Shown piece after piece: positions 46,851 through 57,161 of a stretch of DNA of 64,000 nt. How positions within the stretch are numbered: position 1 is the stretch's first letter; the number at the start of each line of letters is the position of its first letter. The notes below the pieces were generated by a model. The model was not told the DNA's origin. It did not search any database and saw only the letters and a list, made by a program, of their open reading frames with translations. A program made the translations under genes and the position numbers. Source of the DNA: a bacterium (GTDB lineage: Bacteria; Patescibacteriota; Minisyncoccia; Phycocordibacterales; UBA1006); assembly GCA_037144045.1 (NCBI GenBank), contig JBAWXN010000002.1, forward strand, positions 150,875 to 214,874, read 5' to 3'.

Positions 46851-48189
46851 AAAGAGGGTACTACAACTCACAAGTCATGAATATAATAATGGTCCTGTTG
46901 TGTATTGGATGAACCGTGACATGCGGGTACACGACAACTGGGCATTTGTCTATGCGCAGGAATTAGCGCGAGAACACAAGACCAGTGTTGTTGTTATCTA
47001 TAACCTAGTATCAGGATTTCTCGGTGGTGGTAGTCGCCAATTAGATTTCAAATTGGGAGCACTTCGAGAACTTGAACAAGAGTTTGAAAAATATAATATT
47101 CCTTTTGCGGTGGTTAGTGATAAATTAGGAACGAAAAGTACTGATCAGCTTCTTGATTTTTTTAAAGAAGTTAAAGCGGGTGCGGTTGTCACTGATTTTT
47201 CACCACTACGTATTTCTCGGAAATGGGTAGATGTGATTCGTAAAAAAATAACGGTGCCATTATATGGGGTAGATGCTCATAATATTGTGCCGTGTTGGAT
47301 TGCAAGTCCTAAGCAAGAATTTGGTGCATATACATTACGTCCCAAGTTACATACGTTGATTCCAGAATTTTTAGATGCATTTCCAAAAGTTGTTCGCCAA
47401 GAAGGTTCAGTAAAGGTTTCTAAAAAATATTCTGAGTGGAAAAAGATAAGCACTGATAAAAGTGTCAGTCCTATTGCGCCTGGTGAGGCAGCTGCAAAAA
47501 AACAACTTAATTACTTTTTTGCAAACGGGTTAGTTAATTATGATAATGATCGCAATGATCCCAATAGTAACGCTCAGTCAGGATTGTCGCCTTATCTTCA
47601 TTATGGAAACATACCAGCTCAGCGAATTATTTTAGAGTTCATGAGAGAGCTCAAGAAGAAAGATGTGCGAAGTTTGTATGACAATGCTTTCTTTGAAGAA
47701 TTAGTGGTACGCAAGGAACTCGCTGATAACTTTTGTTTTTATAATGAAAATTATGATTCCCCAGAAGGGTTTCCTGATTGGTCAAAAAAGTCTTGGGAAA
47801 AGCATAAGGATGATAAGCGTGAATATGTATATACTAAAAAACAATTTGAACACGCAAAAACGCATGATGCATTATGGAATGCTGCCCAAATGGAAATGGT
47901 GATAACTGGGAAAATGCATGGGTATATGCGCATGTATTGGGCCAAGAAGATTCTCGAGTGGACACCTGATGCGGAAGCAGCTATGAAGATTGCTATTTAT
48001 TTAAACGACACTTATGAGTTAGACGGGCGAGATCCCAACGGATATGCGGGCATTGCGTGGTCAATTGGTGGGACGCACGACCGGGCTTGGTTTGAACGGC
48101 CCGTATTCGGACAGATTCGGTATATGAATGCGAATGGATGTGCGAAAAAATTTGACGTTGAAGCCTATTGTCAAAAATGGCTGAACTAA
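46837..48189 (+). CDS. phrB: Class II CPD DNA photolyase
   Basis: VYWMNRDMRVHDNWA, VDAHNIVP, SGLSPYLHYG, MHGYMRMYWAKKILEW, DGRDPNG. Confidence 0.95.
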   Translation: MAINKKRVLQLTSHEYNNGPVVYWMNRDMRVHDNWAFVYAQELAREHKTSVVVIYNLVSGFLGGGSRQLDFKLGALRELEQEFEKYNIPFAVVSDKLGTKSTDQLLDFFKEVKAGAVVTDFSPLRISRKWVDVIRKKITVPLYGVDAHNIVPCWIASPKQEFGAYTLRPKLHTLIPEFLDAFPKVVRQEGSVKVSKKYSEWKKISTDKSVSPIAPGEAAAKKQLNYFFANGLVNYDNDRNDPNSNAQSGLSPYLHYGNIPAQRIILEFMRELKKKDVRSLYDNAFFEELVVRKELADNFCFYNENYDSPEGFPDWSKKSWEKHKDDKREYVYTKKQFEHAKTHDALWNAAQMEMVITGKMHGYMRMYWAKKILEWTPDAEAAMKIAIYLNDTYELDGRDPNGYAGIAWSIGGTHDRAWFERPVFGQIRYMNANGCAKKFDVEAYCQKWLN

Positions 48190-48600
48190 AAAAGACCCCT
48201 TAGGTGGGGGGTCTTCCAAATAAAGCTTTTTGAGAGTTGCGATGCCTCTCTGGGATAGGCGAATCTCATGAGCGTTCAACTGGTCTGAAATAAATCGAGC
48301 TGGCCATGTGGGCCCATGTTCGAATAATTCTATCAATACTACGACTTCGCGTAGCGAGTAATTATTACTCCTGCATTTGTTTTGCAGGCCGTGATTTACT
48401 TTTTGGCGGAACTTATTCACATTTTGCTCGGTGCATCCTATGCATGCGGCAATTTCTCCGTCCGATAATAACTTTAGATATTTTCGAGCAATATCTTTCC
48501 AAATCTTCTTAAGCCAAACCTTACTAACAAAGATTGGATAAGCAGCTTTGATCGCTGCTATTTCTTTAGCCAACTCTTCTAATTCTAATTTTGGTTTCAT
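48061..48600 (-). CDS. Possible HTH-containing hypothetical protein (3' end overlaps the photolyase gene)
   Basis: LSDGEIAACIGCTEQNVNKFR HTH-like; fills an otherwise empty gap. Confidence 0.45.
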   Translation of the reverse strand: MKPKLELEELAKEIAAIKAAYPIFVSKVWLKKIWKDIARKYLKLLSDGEIAACIGCTEQNVNKFRQKVNHGLQNKCRSNNYSLREVVVLIELFEHGPTWPARFISDQLNAHEIRLSQRGIATLKKLYLEDPPPKGSFLVQPFLTIGFNVKFFRTSIRIHIPNLSEYGPFKPSPVVRPTN

Positions 48601-48699
48601 TGTAATTTTTCTTAAAAGAGTACCACATATTTTTTAAAAAGCAATAAATCAGGAAAATGTGTTGCATAGGTGGCTCTATTTTTGGTATAATTTCCCCAT

Positions 48700-51600
48700 A
48701 TGTCTTTCGTCACCAAAAGAACCCTCACTATCGCGTTCTCTATTCTTTCAATCATCGGTTACGGTGCATTCGTATTCGCGGCACAATTACCCAATGGTAC
48801 CACTCCGCCGGTTGGTGGGTATTTAGCAGGTGACAGTATCTTAGATCCTGGATGTGCACCTGGGGATGTAGATTGTTTTCAGAATATTGGAGGAGGTGGT
48901 TCAGGACCGTTTTCTATAGTAAACGGTAACAGCATCTTCTCGACGGGGCTTACTGATACAGGACTTAATTCTATAGCAACCAATTCTTTCTTTACAGGAG
49001 ATTATGCAGGAGCTAATGCAACCGATGCCAGCTACTCAAACTTTATTGGACAATATTCAGGACAAAATGCAACCACTGCATCGAGTTCAAACTTCTTTGG
49101 AGGATATGCAGGATGGGGTGCAGCTAATGCCAACAGTTCTAACTTTTTAGGATTTGAAGCAGGATATGGTGCAACGGGTGCCAACAACTCAAACTTCTTC
49201 GGAGCTCAAGCAGGATACAATGCAGCGAGTGCATTCTTATCAAACTTCTTTGGACAAAATGCAGGACGAGAAGCAACCAATGCATTCGCTTCAAACTTCT
49301 TTGGTGTAAGTGCAGGACGAGAAGCAACCAATGCATTCGCTTCAAACTTCTTGGGTGGCAGTGCAGGAAATCAAGCAACCAATGCAAACTTTGCAAACTT
49401 CTTCGGTGGCAGTGCGGGATATGGTGCGGTTAATGCCAACAACTCAAACTTCTTCGGGTATGAGGCAGGAGAAGCTGCAACCAATGCCAACAACTCAAAC
49501 TTCTTGGGTCAGCGCGCAGGAGAAAATGCAATCAATGCAGCCAACAGTTTCTTTGCAGGTCTTAATGCAGGGTCAAATGACACGGTCGACAACACTGGAA
49601 ACTCCGACGACTTCTCCATCCTCCTGGGTAACTTCACCTCAACGGGTGGCTATTCAAACTCAATCGCCCTTGGTGCCTACGCAGCCAACACCGCAACCAA
49701 CCAGTTCATGATTGGTTCTGGAACTCGTCCCATCAACGACCTTATCATCACAGGTACCGGATCTCTCTTCCTGCCAACTGGTGACGATTCACAGCGTACA
49801 TCATATGCAACCAACGGTGCCATTCGTTACAGCACTACCCAATCATGTCTTGAAATGTATTCAGGAAGCAGTTGGGCATGTGTGGGGGGTGGAGGTGGAT
49901 CAGGAGCATTTACTGGAATCACGGGTACACCTACAGAAGTAGCTTATTTTGACGCACTCGGAAACGGGACGTCAGATAGTACATTTACTTTTAATGATTC
50001 AACAAAGAATCTAACAGTCTACAAATATACACCACCTAATATTAATTATGGTACGGTATCATTTTCTGGATCAGGAATAAATGATCTAACGTATACAGGT
50101 ACATTTGTAGGAGGAATTACTACTACCTACACTATATCGGTGGATGATGACAAAGATAATTTTTCCTGGTCTTCCGATCAAGGGGGCTCAGGCAGTGATC
50201 ATACACCAGCGTCAGGATTTCCTCTTAATAATGGAATTACGATTGATTTACCATCAACAGGGTATACGCAAGGTGATGTATGGACATTTACAATTACGGT
50301 TACTGGAAGTGAAGTAGGTTCTGTAACAACAAGAAAATTAGTATTGAATGGATCTAATAATAATAATGCTATTGGATTATTTGCACCGCAAGGCAATCTT
50401 GTTAACAGTTACAATATCTTTTTACCAAATGACCAAGGTGCACCAAACACTACTCTTATTAATGATGGTGCTGGTAATTTATCGTGGGGGAGTATTTCAG
50501 GTGGTGGATCGGGTCCGTTTTCTGTACTAAATGGAGATAGTATCTTCTCGACGGGATTGAGTGGTACAGGACTTAATTCAAATGTAGGTGGTTCTTTCTT
50601 CGTGGGTCAAGATGCAGGGCGAGATGCAACCAATGCAACCTACTCAAACTTCTTGGGAACAAATGCAGGAAATAGTGCAACCAACGCATACTTCTCAAAC
50701 TTCTTTGGACTAAGCGCAGGAAATGGTGCAACCAACGCTTTTGGCTCTAACTTCTTTGGAGTATATGCAGGACGAGATGCAACCGACGCATCCTACTCAA
50801 ACTTCCTGGGAAGGGATGCAGGACAAAATGCAACCACTGCTAATAATTCAAACTTCCTGGGGTATAGTGCAGGAAATGGTGCAACCAATGCTAACGACTC
50901 AAACTTCCTGGGATATTATGCGGGAGGTAATGCAACCGATGCAGCTAACAGTTTCTTTGCAGGACGAAGTGCAGGGCAAGATGCAAACAATGCAACCCAC
51001 TCAAACTTCTTCGGAGACAGTGCTGGATTTCAAGCGACCAATGCATCCAACTCAAACTTCTTGGGAAGGAGTGCAGGAATTGGTGCAGCCAATGCATCCA
51101 ACTCAAACTTCTTGGGAAGAATCGCAGGATCTAATGCAGCCAACGCGGCTAATAGTCTATTTATAGGTCAGGAAGCTGGATCAAACGACACTGTCAACAA
51201 CACCACCAACCCCAACGACTTCTCCATCCTCCTTGGTAACTTCACCTCAACGGGTGGCTTCTCAAACTCTATCGCTATCGGTGCTTTTGCAACCAACACA
51301 GCAACCAACCAGTTCATGATTGGTTCAACCACTCGTCCCATCAACACCACCCGATTCCAAGGTTCATCAGTAGGTACCCAATGTACCATTACCACAGGAA
51401 CTGGAATCGCATGTACATCAGATGAACGTCTCAAAACAAACATTATAGACATTTCATCCGGAGTCTTAGACAAACTCGGAAACATTAGAACCGTCAACTA
51501 CAACCTCATAGGTGACACGTCTAACCGATATCAAGTAGGATTCTTGGCCCAGAACCTTGAACAGTATTTCCCAGAATTGGTAGATACTAATGCTGATGGC

Positions 51601-52047
51601 TACAAATCTGTGTATTATGCACAGATGACACCGATACTGGTAGAGGGGATCAAGGAGCTTAATATTAAACTCACCGACATCCAGAAAGTTGCTGATGGAG
51701 TTGACCAGACATTTGTGACGAATATGAGGAATTGGTTGGGAAGTGTGACCAACGGAATTACACTCATCATTTCAGATACTCTCAAAGCACGAAATCAAAT
51801 CTGTATTGATGACGTATGTATGACCAAAGACCAGTTGCGAGACCTGCTTGCAAAAAATAACGCAGGACCCGTAGTTGTTCCAGTAGTGCCAGTAGTGCCA
51901 CCGACCCCTACAGACCCAATAGGTTCAGACACTTCGACTCCTTCAATTTCTGATCAACCAGTGACTGATAATTCAGGACCTGTCACTGATCCAGGTGTAA
52001 CACCTGTTCCTGATGCGCCTGTGGTATCACCAGAAACACCCCAATAA
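48700..52047 (+). CDS. Large fibre/adhesin-like surface protein with 14-aa beta-repeats and a peptidase-S74-type intramolecular chaperone domain
   Basis: Signal anchor; two blocks of ATNAxxSNFxGxxAG repeats; SDERLKTNI...GFLAQ...FPELV...VYYAQMTPILVEGIKEL. Confidence 0.85.
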   Translation: MSFVTKRTLTIAFSILSIIGYGAFVFAAQLPNGTTPPVGGYLAGDSILDPGCAPGDVDCFQNIGGGGSGPFSIVNGNSIFSTGLTDTGLNSIATNSFFTGDYAGANATDASYSNFIGQYSGQNATTASSSNFFGGYAGWGAANANSSNFLGFEAGYGATGANNSNFFGAQAGYNAASAFLSNFFGQNAGREATNAFASNFFGVSAGREATNAFASNFLGGSAGNQATNANFANFFGGSAGYGAVNANNSNFFGYEAGEAATNANNSNFLGQRAGENAINAANSFFAGLNAGSNDTVDNTGNSDDFSILLGNFTSTGGYSNSIALGAYAANTATNQFMIGSGTRPINDLIITGTGSLFLPTGDDSQRTSYATNGAIRYSTTQSCLEMYSGSSWACVGGGGGSGAFTGITGTPTEVAYFDALGNGTSDSTFTFNDSTKNLTVYKYTPPNINYGTVSFSGSGINDLTYTGTFVGGITTTYTISVDDDKDNFSWSSDQGGSGSDHTPASGFPLNNGITIDLPSTGYTQGDVWTFTITVTGSEVGSVTTRKLVLNGSNNNNAIGLFAPQGNLVNSYNIFLPNDQGAPNTTLINDGAGNLSWGSISGGGSGPFSVLNGDSIFSTGLSGTGLNSNVGGSFFVGQDAGRDATNATYSNFLGTNAGNSATNAYFSNFFGLSAGNGATNAFGSNFFGVYAGRDATDASYSNFLGRDAGQNATTANNSNFLGYSAGNGATNANDSNFLGYYAGGNATDAANSFFAGRSAGQDANNATHSNFFGDSAGFQATNASNSNFLGRSAGIGAANASNSNFLGRIAGSNAANAANSLFIGQEAGSNDTVNNTTNPNDFSILLGNFTSTGGFSNSIAIGAFATNTATNQFMIGSTTRPINTTRFQGSSVGTQCTITTGTGIACTSDERLKTNIIDISSGVLDKLGNIRTVNYNLIGDTSNRYQVGFLAQNLEQYFPELVDTNADGYKSVYYAQMTPILVEGIKELNIKLTDIQKVADGVDQTFVTNMRNWLGSVTNGITLIISDTLKARNQICIDDVCMTKDQLRDLLAKNNAGPVVVPVVPVVPPTPTDPIGSDTSTPSISDQPVTDNSGPVTDPGVTPVPDAPVVSPETPQ
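49000..51350 (+). repeat. Two duplicated blocks of 42-bp coding repeats
   Basis: gcaaccaatgc...tcaaacttc...gcagga units at ~49000-49570 and ~50600-51180; homologous DDFSILLGNFTSTGG/NDFSILLGNFTSTGG tails follow each block. Confidence 0.85.
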
Positions 52048-52090
52048 GGTGTTTTTTGTTTACAGAACTAAGTGTGATAGAGTTACGTAT

Positions 52091-52870
52091 ATGTTAATTA
52101 TTCACGCTATTATATTAGGAATTGTAGAAGGCCTTACCGAGTTTTTACCTATTTCATCAACGGGGCACCTCATAATTACATCCCATCTGTTATCTATTCC
52201 AACGACTGATTTCCTGAAAAGTTTTGAAATTATTATTCAAGTAGGAGCCATTGCTGCAGTCGTAGTACTGTATTTTAAAAAAATACTTGCAAGCCGCGAT
52301 TTATGGAAAAAAGTTTTTGCCGGATTTATTCCGACCGCCATTATTGGGTACGGAATGTATAAAATAGTTAAACTATTTCTTATTGGAAATATTGTTGTAG
52401 TTGCATGGTCACTGCTATTAGGAGGAATATTTCTGGTGTGTTTCGAGCGATGGTATGGTAAACGAAAACGTCATGGAAAAAGCATGGAAGACATGACGTA
52501 TCGAGAAGCTATTATTATTGGATGTATCCAAGCACTTGCGGTGATTCCTGGAATTTCACGATCGGCAGCTACTATTGTAGGCGGACTTACTCAAAATATT
52601 TCGCGGGAAGCAATTGTAGAATTTTCATTCTTGCTTGCAGTTCCTGTTATTGGGGCAGCAGCGTTCCTTGATATTATAAAAACGCCGATCAATTTTACCA
52701 GAAATGAATGGGGACTCCTTGCGGTAGGGTTGATTACGTCGTTTATTGTCGCAGTGTTAGCAATTAAGTTTTTCCTTTCCTTCGTAAAATCCCACACGTT
52801 TGAATGGTTTGGATATTATCGAATCGTGCTTGGAATTGCAGTGCTGGCAGGGGTTTATTTCTTGGGATAA
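52091..52870 (+). CDS. uppP: Undecaprenyl-diphosphate phosphatase
   Basis: GIVEGLTEFLPISSTGHL, PGISRSAATI, EFSFLLAVP. Confidence 0.97.
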   Translation: MLIIHAIILGIVEGLTEFLPISSTGHLIITSHLLSIPTTDFLKSFEIIIQVGAIAAVVVLYFKKILASRDLWKKVFAGFIPTAIIGYGMYKIVKLFLIGNIVVVAWSLLLGGIFLVCFERWYGKRKRHGKSMEDMTYREAIIIGCIQALAVIPGISRSAATIVGGLTQNISREAIVEFSFLLAVPVIGAAAFLDIIKTPINFTRNEWGLLAVGLITSFIVAVLAIKFFLSFVKSHTFEWFGYYRIVLGIAVLAGVYFLG

Positions 52871-52956
52871 ATTTTTTATCAAGGAAAAATGTGGAGTCAC
52901 TCAATTTGTGACTTGTATAGATTGTTCCTTCATGAGTTATTTTATAAACTGTAGTC

Positions 52957-53151
52957 ATGGTACATAATTTATTAAAACAGGACATGACCGTGTATGAATT
53001 GGCTCAATTTATGATTGATTACTGTGCCAGTAAGGAAGATCTAAAAAGATTTGCTACTAAGGAAGATCTAAAACTCTTAGAGAAACGATTATCACAAAAG
53101 ATGGATAATAATTACATTCACACTAACAAACGAATTGATCTCATTTCATAA
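52957..53151 (+). CDS. Short coiled-coil protein
   Basis: Tandem ASKEDLK/ATKEDLK repeats. Confidence 0.45.
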   Translation: MVHNLLKQDMTVYELAQFMIDYCASKEDLKRFATKEDLKLLEKRLSQKMDNNYIHTNKRIDLIS

Positions 53152-53184
53152 GTCATAATAAAAAACCGCACATGCGGTTTTTTA

Positions 53185-53712
53185 TTATGCTTGTTTTCTA
53201 TGTGAAATGTAGGCGAATGTAAGGATTCCAATAAATAGGACGAGGCACATCATGGGGATGGTTAACCATCCAAAGACGAGCACATCTATTTTTGTACAGG
53301 CAACTCCGCCTGAGGCTTCACAAGGTACACCAGATGTTCGGATACCAGCTTGTAGGAGTATGTGATATATCGAGAAACTTGCACCAATTAATGAAAGGAT
53401 AATACCCGTGATCCAAACCTTCATGTCTTTTAAATAAATTCCAACCGCAAATAAAATTGCTTGAGGGTACATGAAGATTCGCTGCCACCAGCAGAACGTA
53501 CACGGAGGGAATCCAAATATTTGAGAATAGGTAAGGCTTCCAATAATAGCACTTAGTGCTAAAAGAAATGCAAAATGAAAGCTGTGTTTTTTTAAGAAAT
53601 GGAAGTAGGTATTTTCTGTTTCCTGAAGGAATACTAAGAGCCAAATACTTACAACAACCAAAGCAGTTGCTAAGGTGCCTATTCCCACAAATGTGTTAAA
53701 TGCTTGTAACAT
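53185..53712 (-). CDS. dsbB: Disulfide bond formation protein B (BdbC/DsbB)
   Basis: GSLTYS...PCTFCWWQRIFMYP; second Cys pair; TIP. Confidence 0.92.
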   Translation of the reverse strand: MLQAFNTFVGIGTLATALVVVSIWLLVFLQETENTYFHFLKKHSFHFAFLLALSAIIGSLTYSQIFGFPPCTFCWWQRIFMYPQAILFAVGIYLKDMKVWITGIILSLIGASFSIYHILLQAGIRTSGVPCEASGGVACTKIDVLVFGWLTIPMMCLVLFIGILTFAYISHRKQA

Positions 53713-53721
53713 ATATTAATG

Positions 53722-54105
53722 TTAGTTCGCAGGGCACCCTGCTTTTTCTGCTATTTGTTCAGGAGTCGCTTCGGCTGAAATACGAGATCCGTCTGCGAAT
53801 TCCCAGGTAGGGTATCCGGTGATATTTTTGTCTTTACAAACGGGAAGCTGCCCATAATTTCCTTGCGCGTCGGGATTTGCTTCTGAACATTCTACATAAG
53901 GGAGTAGATTAGCTGATTTTCCAAATGCTTTTTTAGTGGCTTGGCAGTGAGGACACCAAAAGGCTCCGTAAAATACTACCTTCTTTTCTTTTAAACATAC
54001 GGCGAGGTTATCATATTTACCAGGGGTGAGTTTGTACCATGCAGTTAATCCTCCAAATAGAGCAATAATCGCTATGATTACAATATATCGTGTCTTTTTA
54101 TTCAT
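53722..54105 (-). CDS. Membrane-anchored thioredoxin-like protein
   Basis: FYGAFWCPHC, YVEC, ITGYPTW. Confidence 0.88.
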   Translation of the reverse strand: MNKKTRYIVIIAIIALFGGLTAWYKLTPGKYDNLAVCLKEKKVVFYGAFWCPHCQATKKAFGKSANLLPYVECSEANPDAQGNYGQLPVCKDKNITGYPTWEFADGSRISAEATPEQIAEKAGCPAN

Positions 54106-54171
54106 ACTCTATTAGTATAGCAATTTTGAGGGTAAATAAAAACCACCCATTATGGTGTGGTTTTTAATAGC

Positions 54172-54921
54172 TTACTTAGAAATAACGTCGAGGAATTTCC
54201 AGAACCCTTCTGGTCCGTTCGTAGTTGCGATACATTCGGTTGCTTGTGCCTTGTAAGCTGCGAATGGGTGGAGTTGAACGAGTGGAGCGTGTCGGTATAC
54301 GAGTGCATATTCAGGATGTTCTTTAAGGATTTGATCAATGGTTGGTTTTGCTCGTTTACAGAATGGGCAGTCAATATCAGAATATTCAACGATAACGATT
54401 GAGGCATTTTTAGGTCCCAAGTAATGATCGTTTTCATTAAGAACTATTTTTGCTCCAGTAAGATCTTGTTGTCCTGCTGGTTGTATACCTTTTTCAATAG
54501 CATCCATAAAGGTTTGTTTGTCGCGGGCACCTACTACTGGAATTTGTTTTTCTACTGTAATAGTTCCATCAGCTGCAATAGTTCTTTTAAGGATGAAGAA
54601 TGTCGGAGTTCCAGAAACACCTGATTGTGTGGCGAGAGCACTTGCTGCATTAACAGTTGCTTCTTGTGATTTATTATCAAGACATGCACCGAGCGCTTTA
54701 CTATCGAGCGAGAGGCTTTTGGCAGTCTTAATAAGTTCAGCACGAACATCTTTTTCTGTTTGTGCCTGGGGTTGATTTCCGTTTTGAGTACCTTGAGCTG
54801 GAGGTATGGTTTTTGATAACACAATTCCTCCTCCGATTAATAATCCTGCAATAATAATTGAAATAAATGTCTGATATTTTTCAAAAAAACTTGGGGTCGA
54901 TTCGTGTTTGTGGTGTTCCAT
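54172..54921 (-). CDS. DsbA-family protein, circularly permuted
   Basis: GVSGTPTFF...VGA half precedes DHYLG...EYSDIDCPFC...YRHAPL...EC...FW half. Confidence 0.85.
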   Translation of the reverse strand: MEHHKHESTPSFFEKYQTFISIIIAGLLIGGGIVLSKTIPPAQGTQNGNQPQAQTEKDVRAELIKTAKSLSLDSKALGACLDNKSQEATVNAASALATQSGVSGTPTFFILKRTIAADGTITVEKQIPVVGARDKQTFMDAIEKGIQPAGQQDLTGAKIVLNENDHYLGPKNASIVIVEYSDIDCPFCKRAKPTIDQILKEHPEYALVYRHAPLVQLHPFAAYKAQATECIATTNGPEGFWKFLDVISK

Positions 54922-55025
54922 AGAAGCTTATTGTACCAAGGATTGGGGTAGTGAAGTAGCTTGACTTTTGGATATAAATGTGATATACTATTTCAAATAT
55001 TTGTAAACAAAAAAAGATAATAACA

Positions 55026-57161
55026 ATGAAAAAAACCTCTTATTTCAAAGCTTTTTTCGCCTTTATGGCGCTTACGCTGATGACTGCCTCTGTGCAGGCA
55101 ACAGTTACTGTTGATTTGTATCCCGCGCTTACCGATTCGATTACGTGGAACACGGCCAGCCTTACGACTGAGATTTCAGGTAACGTAGGCAGCTATCAAC
55201 ACTACTACAAATTTAAAGTAGTGGGTGATACGTTGTTTCAGTATGGACCTACAGCCTCGTATAACGTGAACACCTTGCAAAGAGTGCTCACCAATTTGCC
55301 GGCCAATAAAACAATTCAGGTGTATTCAGTGGTAATAGATCAAGGCGACACAACCGTGTCGAACAACATGATTTCATTTACTACGAAGCCTTTGCCGCAT
55401 GCGGCATGGATCGGAAATCCATCAATTGTTTCAAGTCCATCGCAAACTGTGGTGACGGTGCCATATAACTTGAGTGTGCCAACAAAGTTGTTTGTACGCT
55501 ACGGGTCATACACGTACAGTTCTGATACTGCAGTGAAATCAGGTACCGGAACGGCTCAGTTATTGATTACGAACCCTAATGTTCCAGGTACTACGTATGC
55601 AGGAAATGTGCTTCGCGCAAAACCAGTAACTGCTGGAATTGTTGCAGATACGTTTATTACTATAGATTCATTTACCGTGCCCGTTTGGACTAATCCAGAT
55701 GTCGCAAATAATTTAGTGTTTACTGCAGTAACGCAGGATTCATTTAAATTTACTGCTTCGATCACAAAAGGAAATTCAGCAACAGCAACAGTAGTAGTTC
55801 GTGATTTGGATAGTAACGGGGTAGTTGTGGCAACACGGACTCCAATAGTTATTCATAACGACACATCCATCACATGGACACGTACAGGTATTCCTGCGAC
55901 AAGCTATGGCGAACGAGTAATCGTTACTACGAGTGGTGGAAGCGATTCTACTACGGGTTATAAAACTACCACTCAGATACCCGCACCGCAGGTAATTGGT
56001 TTTGATACAATCAACGGCACTAAAAACAGTACCGACATTACGGTTACTGTTAAAACAAACGGTAAGCCCGCATGGGTAAACAGTAATGCAACAGTAAAAC
56101 TGAAATGGTTTGATAAAAATGGCGTAGCAACAACTACCGCTGCTCAATCAACACCAGGAAGTCAAACAGCTGCAACACTTACCTTTTCTGGACTTACTAA
56201 TTTGAAAATGAATCCTACTCAAAACACTGCAATGGTATATATTCAAAACCTTGCAGGATTAGTAGATTCACAACAAATCAACTTTGTGTTGAAGGCTCCG
56301 CTTGCTGCGGTTCCAATCGATAATGGTTTTTATGTTGATGCTATAAATGCATTTTCAATTCGTGTAACCCATGTAAACGCAGGACCATCGACTTTGCCAT
56401 CTAAGCTGAAAATGTTTATTAATGTGCAAGGCAGTGGGCATGTGGACACCTTTAGTTTGCGTATCAATCAGACAGGAACCACCGACTACTTGCAAAAAGA
56501 CACGGTAGGCAACCTTACTGGGGGAGTAAATTACCAGGTGAGGTTAGCAACAGAAAACAGTGATGGAGTATTAGCGGTAACTGCTGCTCAGCCAGTACAA
56601 ACAATATCGGCTGCAAATCAAACATTCTTCTTATCAAACATGTACACAGCTACTCAATCAACGGTTACCTATAAAGTAACGGGTTGTGGTAACGGTAAGC
56701 TGACTTATGTAGACATTCAGGCATTTTTGCCAGGATCGTTTACCAACCCGGTTTACAGTCAATCACTTGGGTATCAGGGTACGGGTAACTTCACGCTTTC
56801 AGGTACTATCACGGGATTGGATGCATGCACTGCTTATGTAGTACGTGCATTGATTCATGATGGGTCGTATGGTGGTGAACTTACCGATGAGGCAAATGTT
56901 ACAACGCGTTGTACTACCACTACTGGCATCAATGAAGTTGGTTTAGTATGGTTGGATTTATTTCCAAACCCAGCTGTAGAACATATTACCTTACTTGCAA
57001 GTGAGCCATTAAAGCTGGTGTCTATCTTTACACTTGATGGTAGGCAAGTATTTTCGGAAAATTTCTCCGGAGTACGTGCAGAAATTAATGTAGCCGCTTT
57101 TGATTCCGGAACGTACATAGTTCGTGGAACTGGCTTCGAAAAAACGTTCATCAAACAATAG
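55026..57161 (+). CDS. Secreted FN3/beta-rich protein with T9SS type-A C-terminal sorting domain-like tail
   Basis: Signal peptide; ends TTGINE...LFPNPAVEHITL...IFTLDGRQV...SGTYIVR...FIKQ; promoter TTGACT-17-TATACT at 54961. Confidence 0.85.
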   Translation: MKKTSYFKAFFAFMALTLMTASVQATVTVDLYPALTDSITWNTASLTTEISGNVGSYQHYYKFKVVGDTLFQYGPTASYNVNTLQRVLTNLPANKTIQVYSVVIDQGDTTVSNNMISFTTKPLPHAAWIGNPSIVSSPSQTVVTVPYNLSVPTKLFVRYGSYTYSSDTAVKSGTGTAQLLITNPNVPGTTYAGNVLRAKPVTAGIVADTFITIDSFTVPVWTNPDVANNLVFTAVTQDSFKFTASITKGNSATATVVVRDLDSNGVVVATRTPIVIHNDTSITWTRTGIPATSYGERVIVTTSGGSDSTTGYKTTTQIPAPQVIGFDTINGTKNSTDITVTVKTNGKPAWVNSNATVKLKWFDKNGVATTTAAQSTPGSQTAATLTFSGLTNLKMNPTQNTAMVYIQNLAGLVDSQQINFVLKAPLAAVPIDNGFYVDAINAFSIRVTHVNAGPSTLPSKLKMFINVQGSGHVDTFSLRINQTGTTDYLQKDTVGNLTGGVNYQVRLATENSDGVLAVTAAQPVQTISAANQTFFLSNMYTATQSTVTYKVTGCGNGKLTYVDIQAFLPGSFTNPVYSQSLGYQGTGNFTLSGTITGLDACTAYVVRALIHDGSYGGELTDEANVTTRCTTTTGINEVGLVWLDLFPNPAVEHITLLASEPLKLVSIFTLDGRQVFSENFSGVRAEINVAAFDSGTYIVRGTGFEKTFIKQ

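Noticed and set aside
49000-51180. Regular 42-bp repeats as a possible CRISPR array
   Set aside because: In-frame degenerate coding repeats; no unique spacers or cas genes
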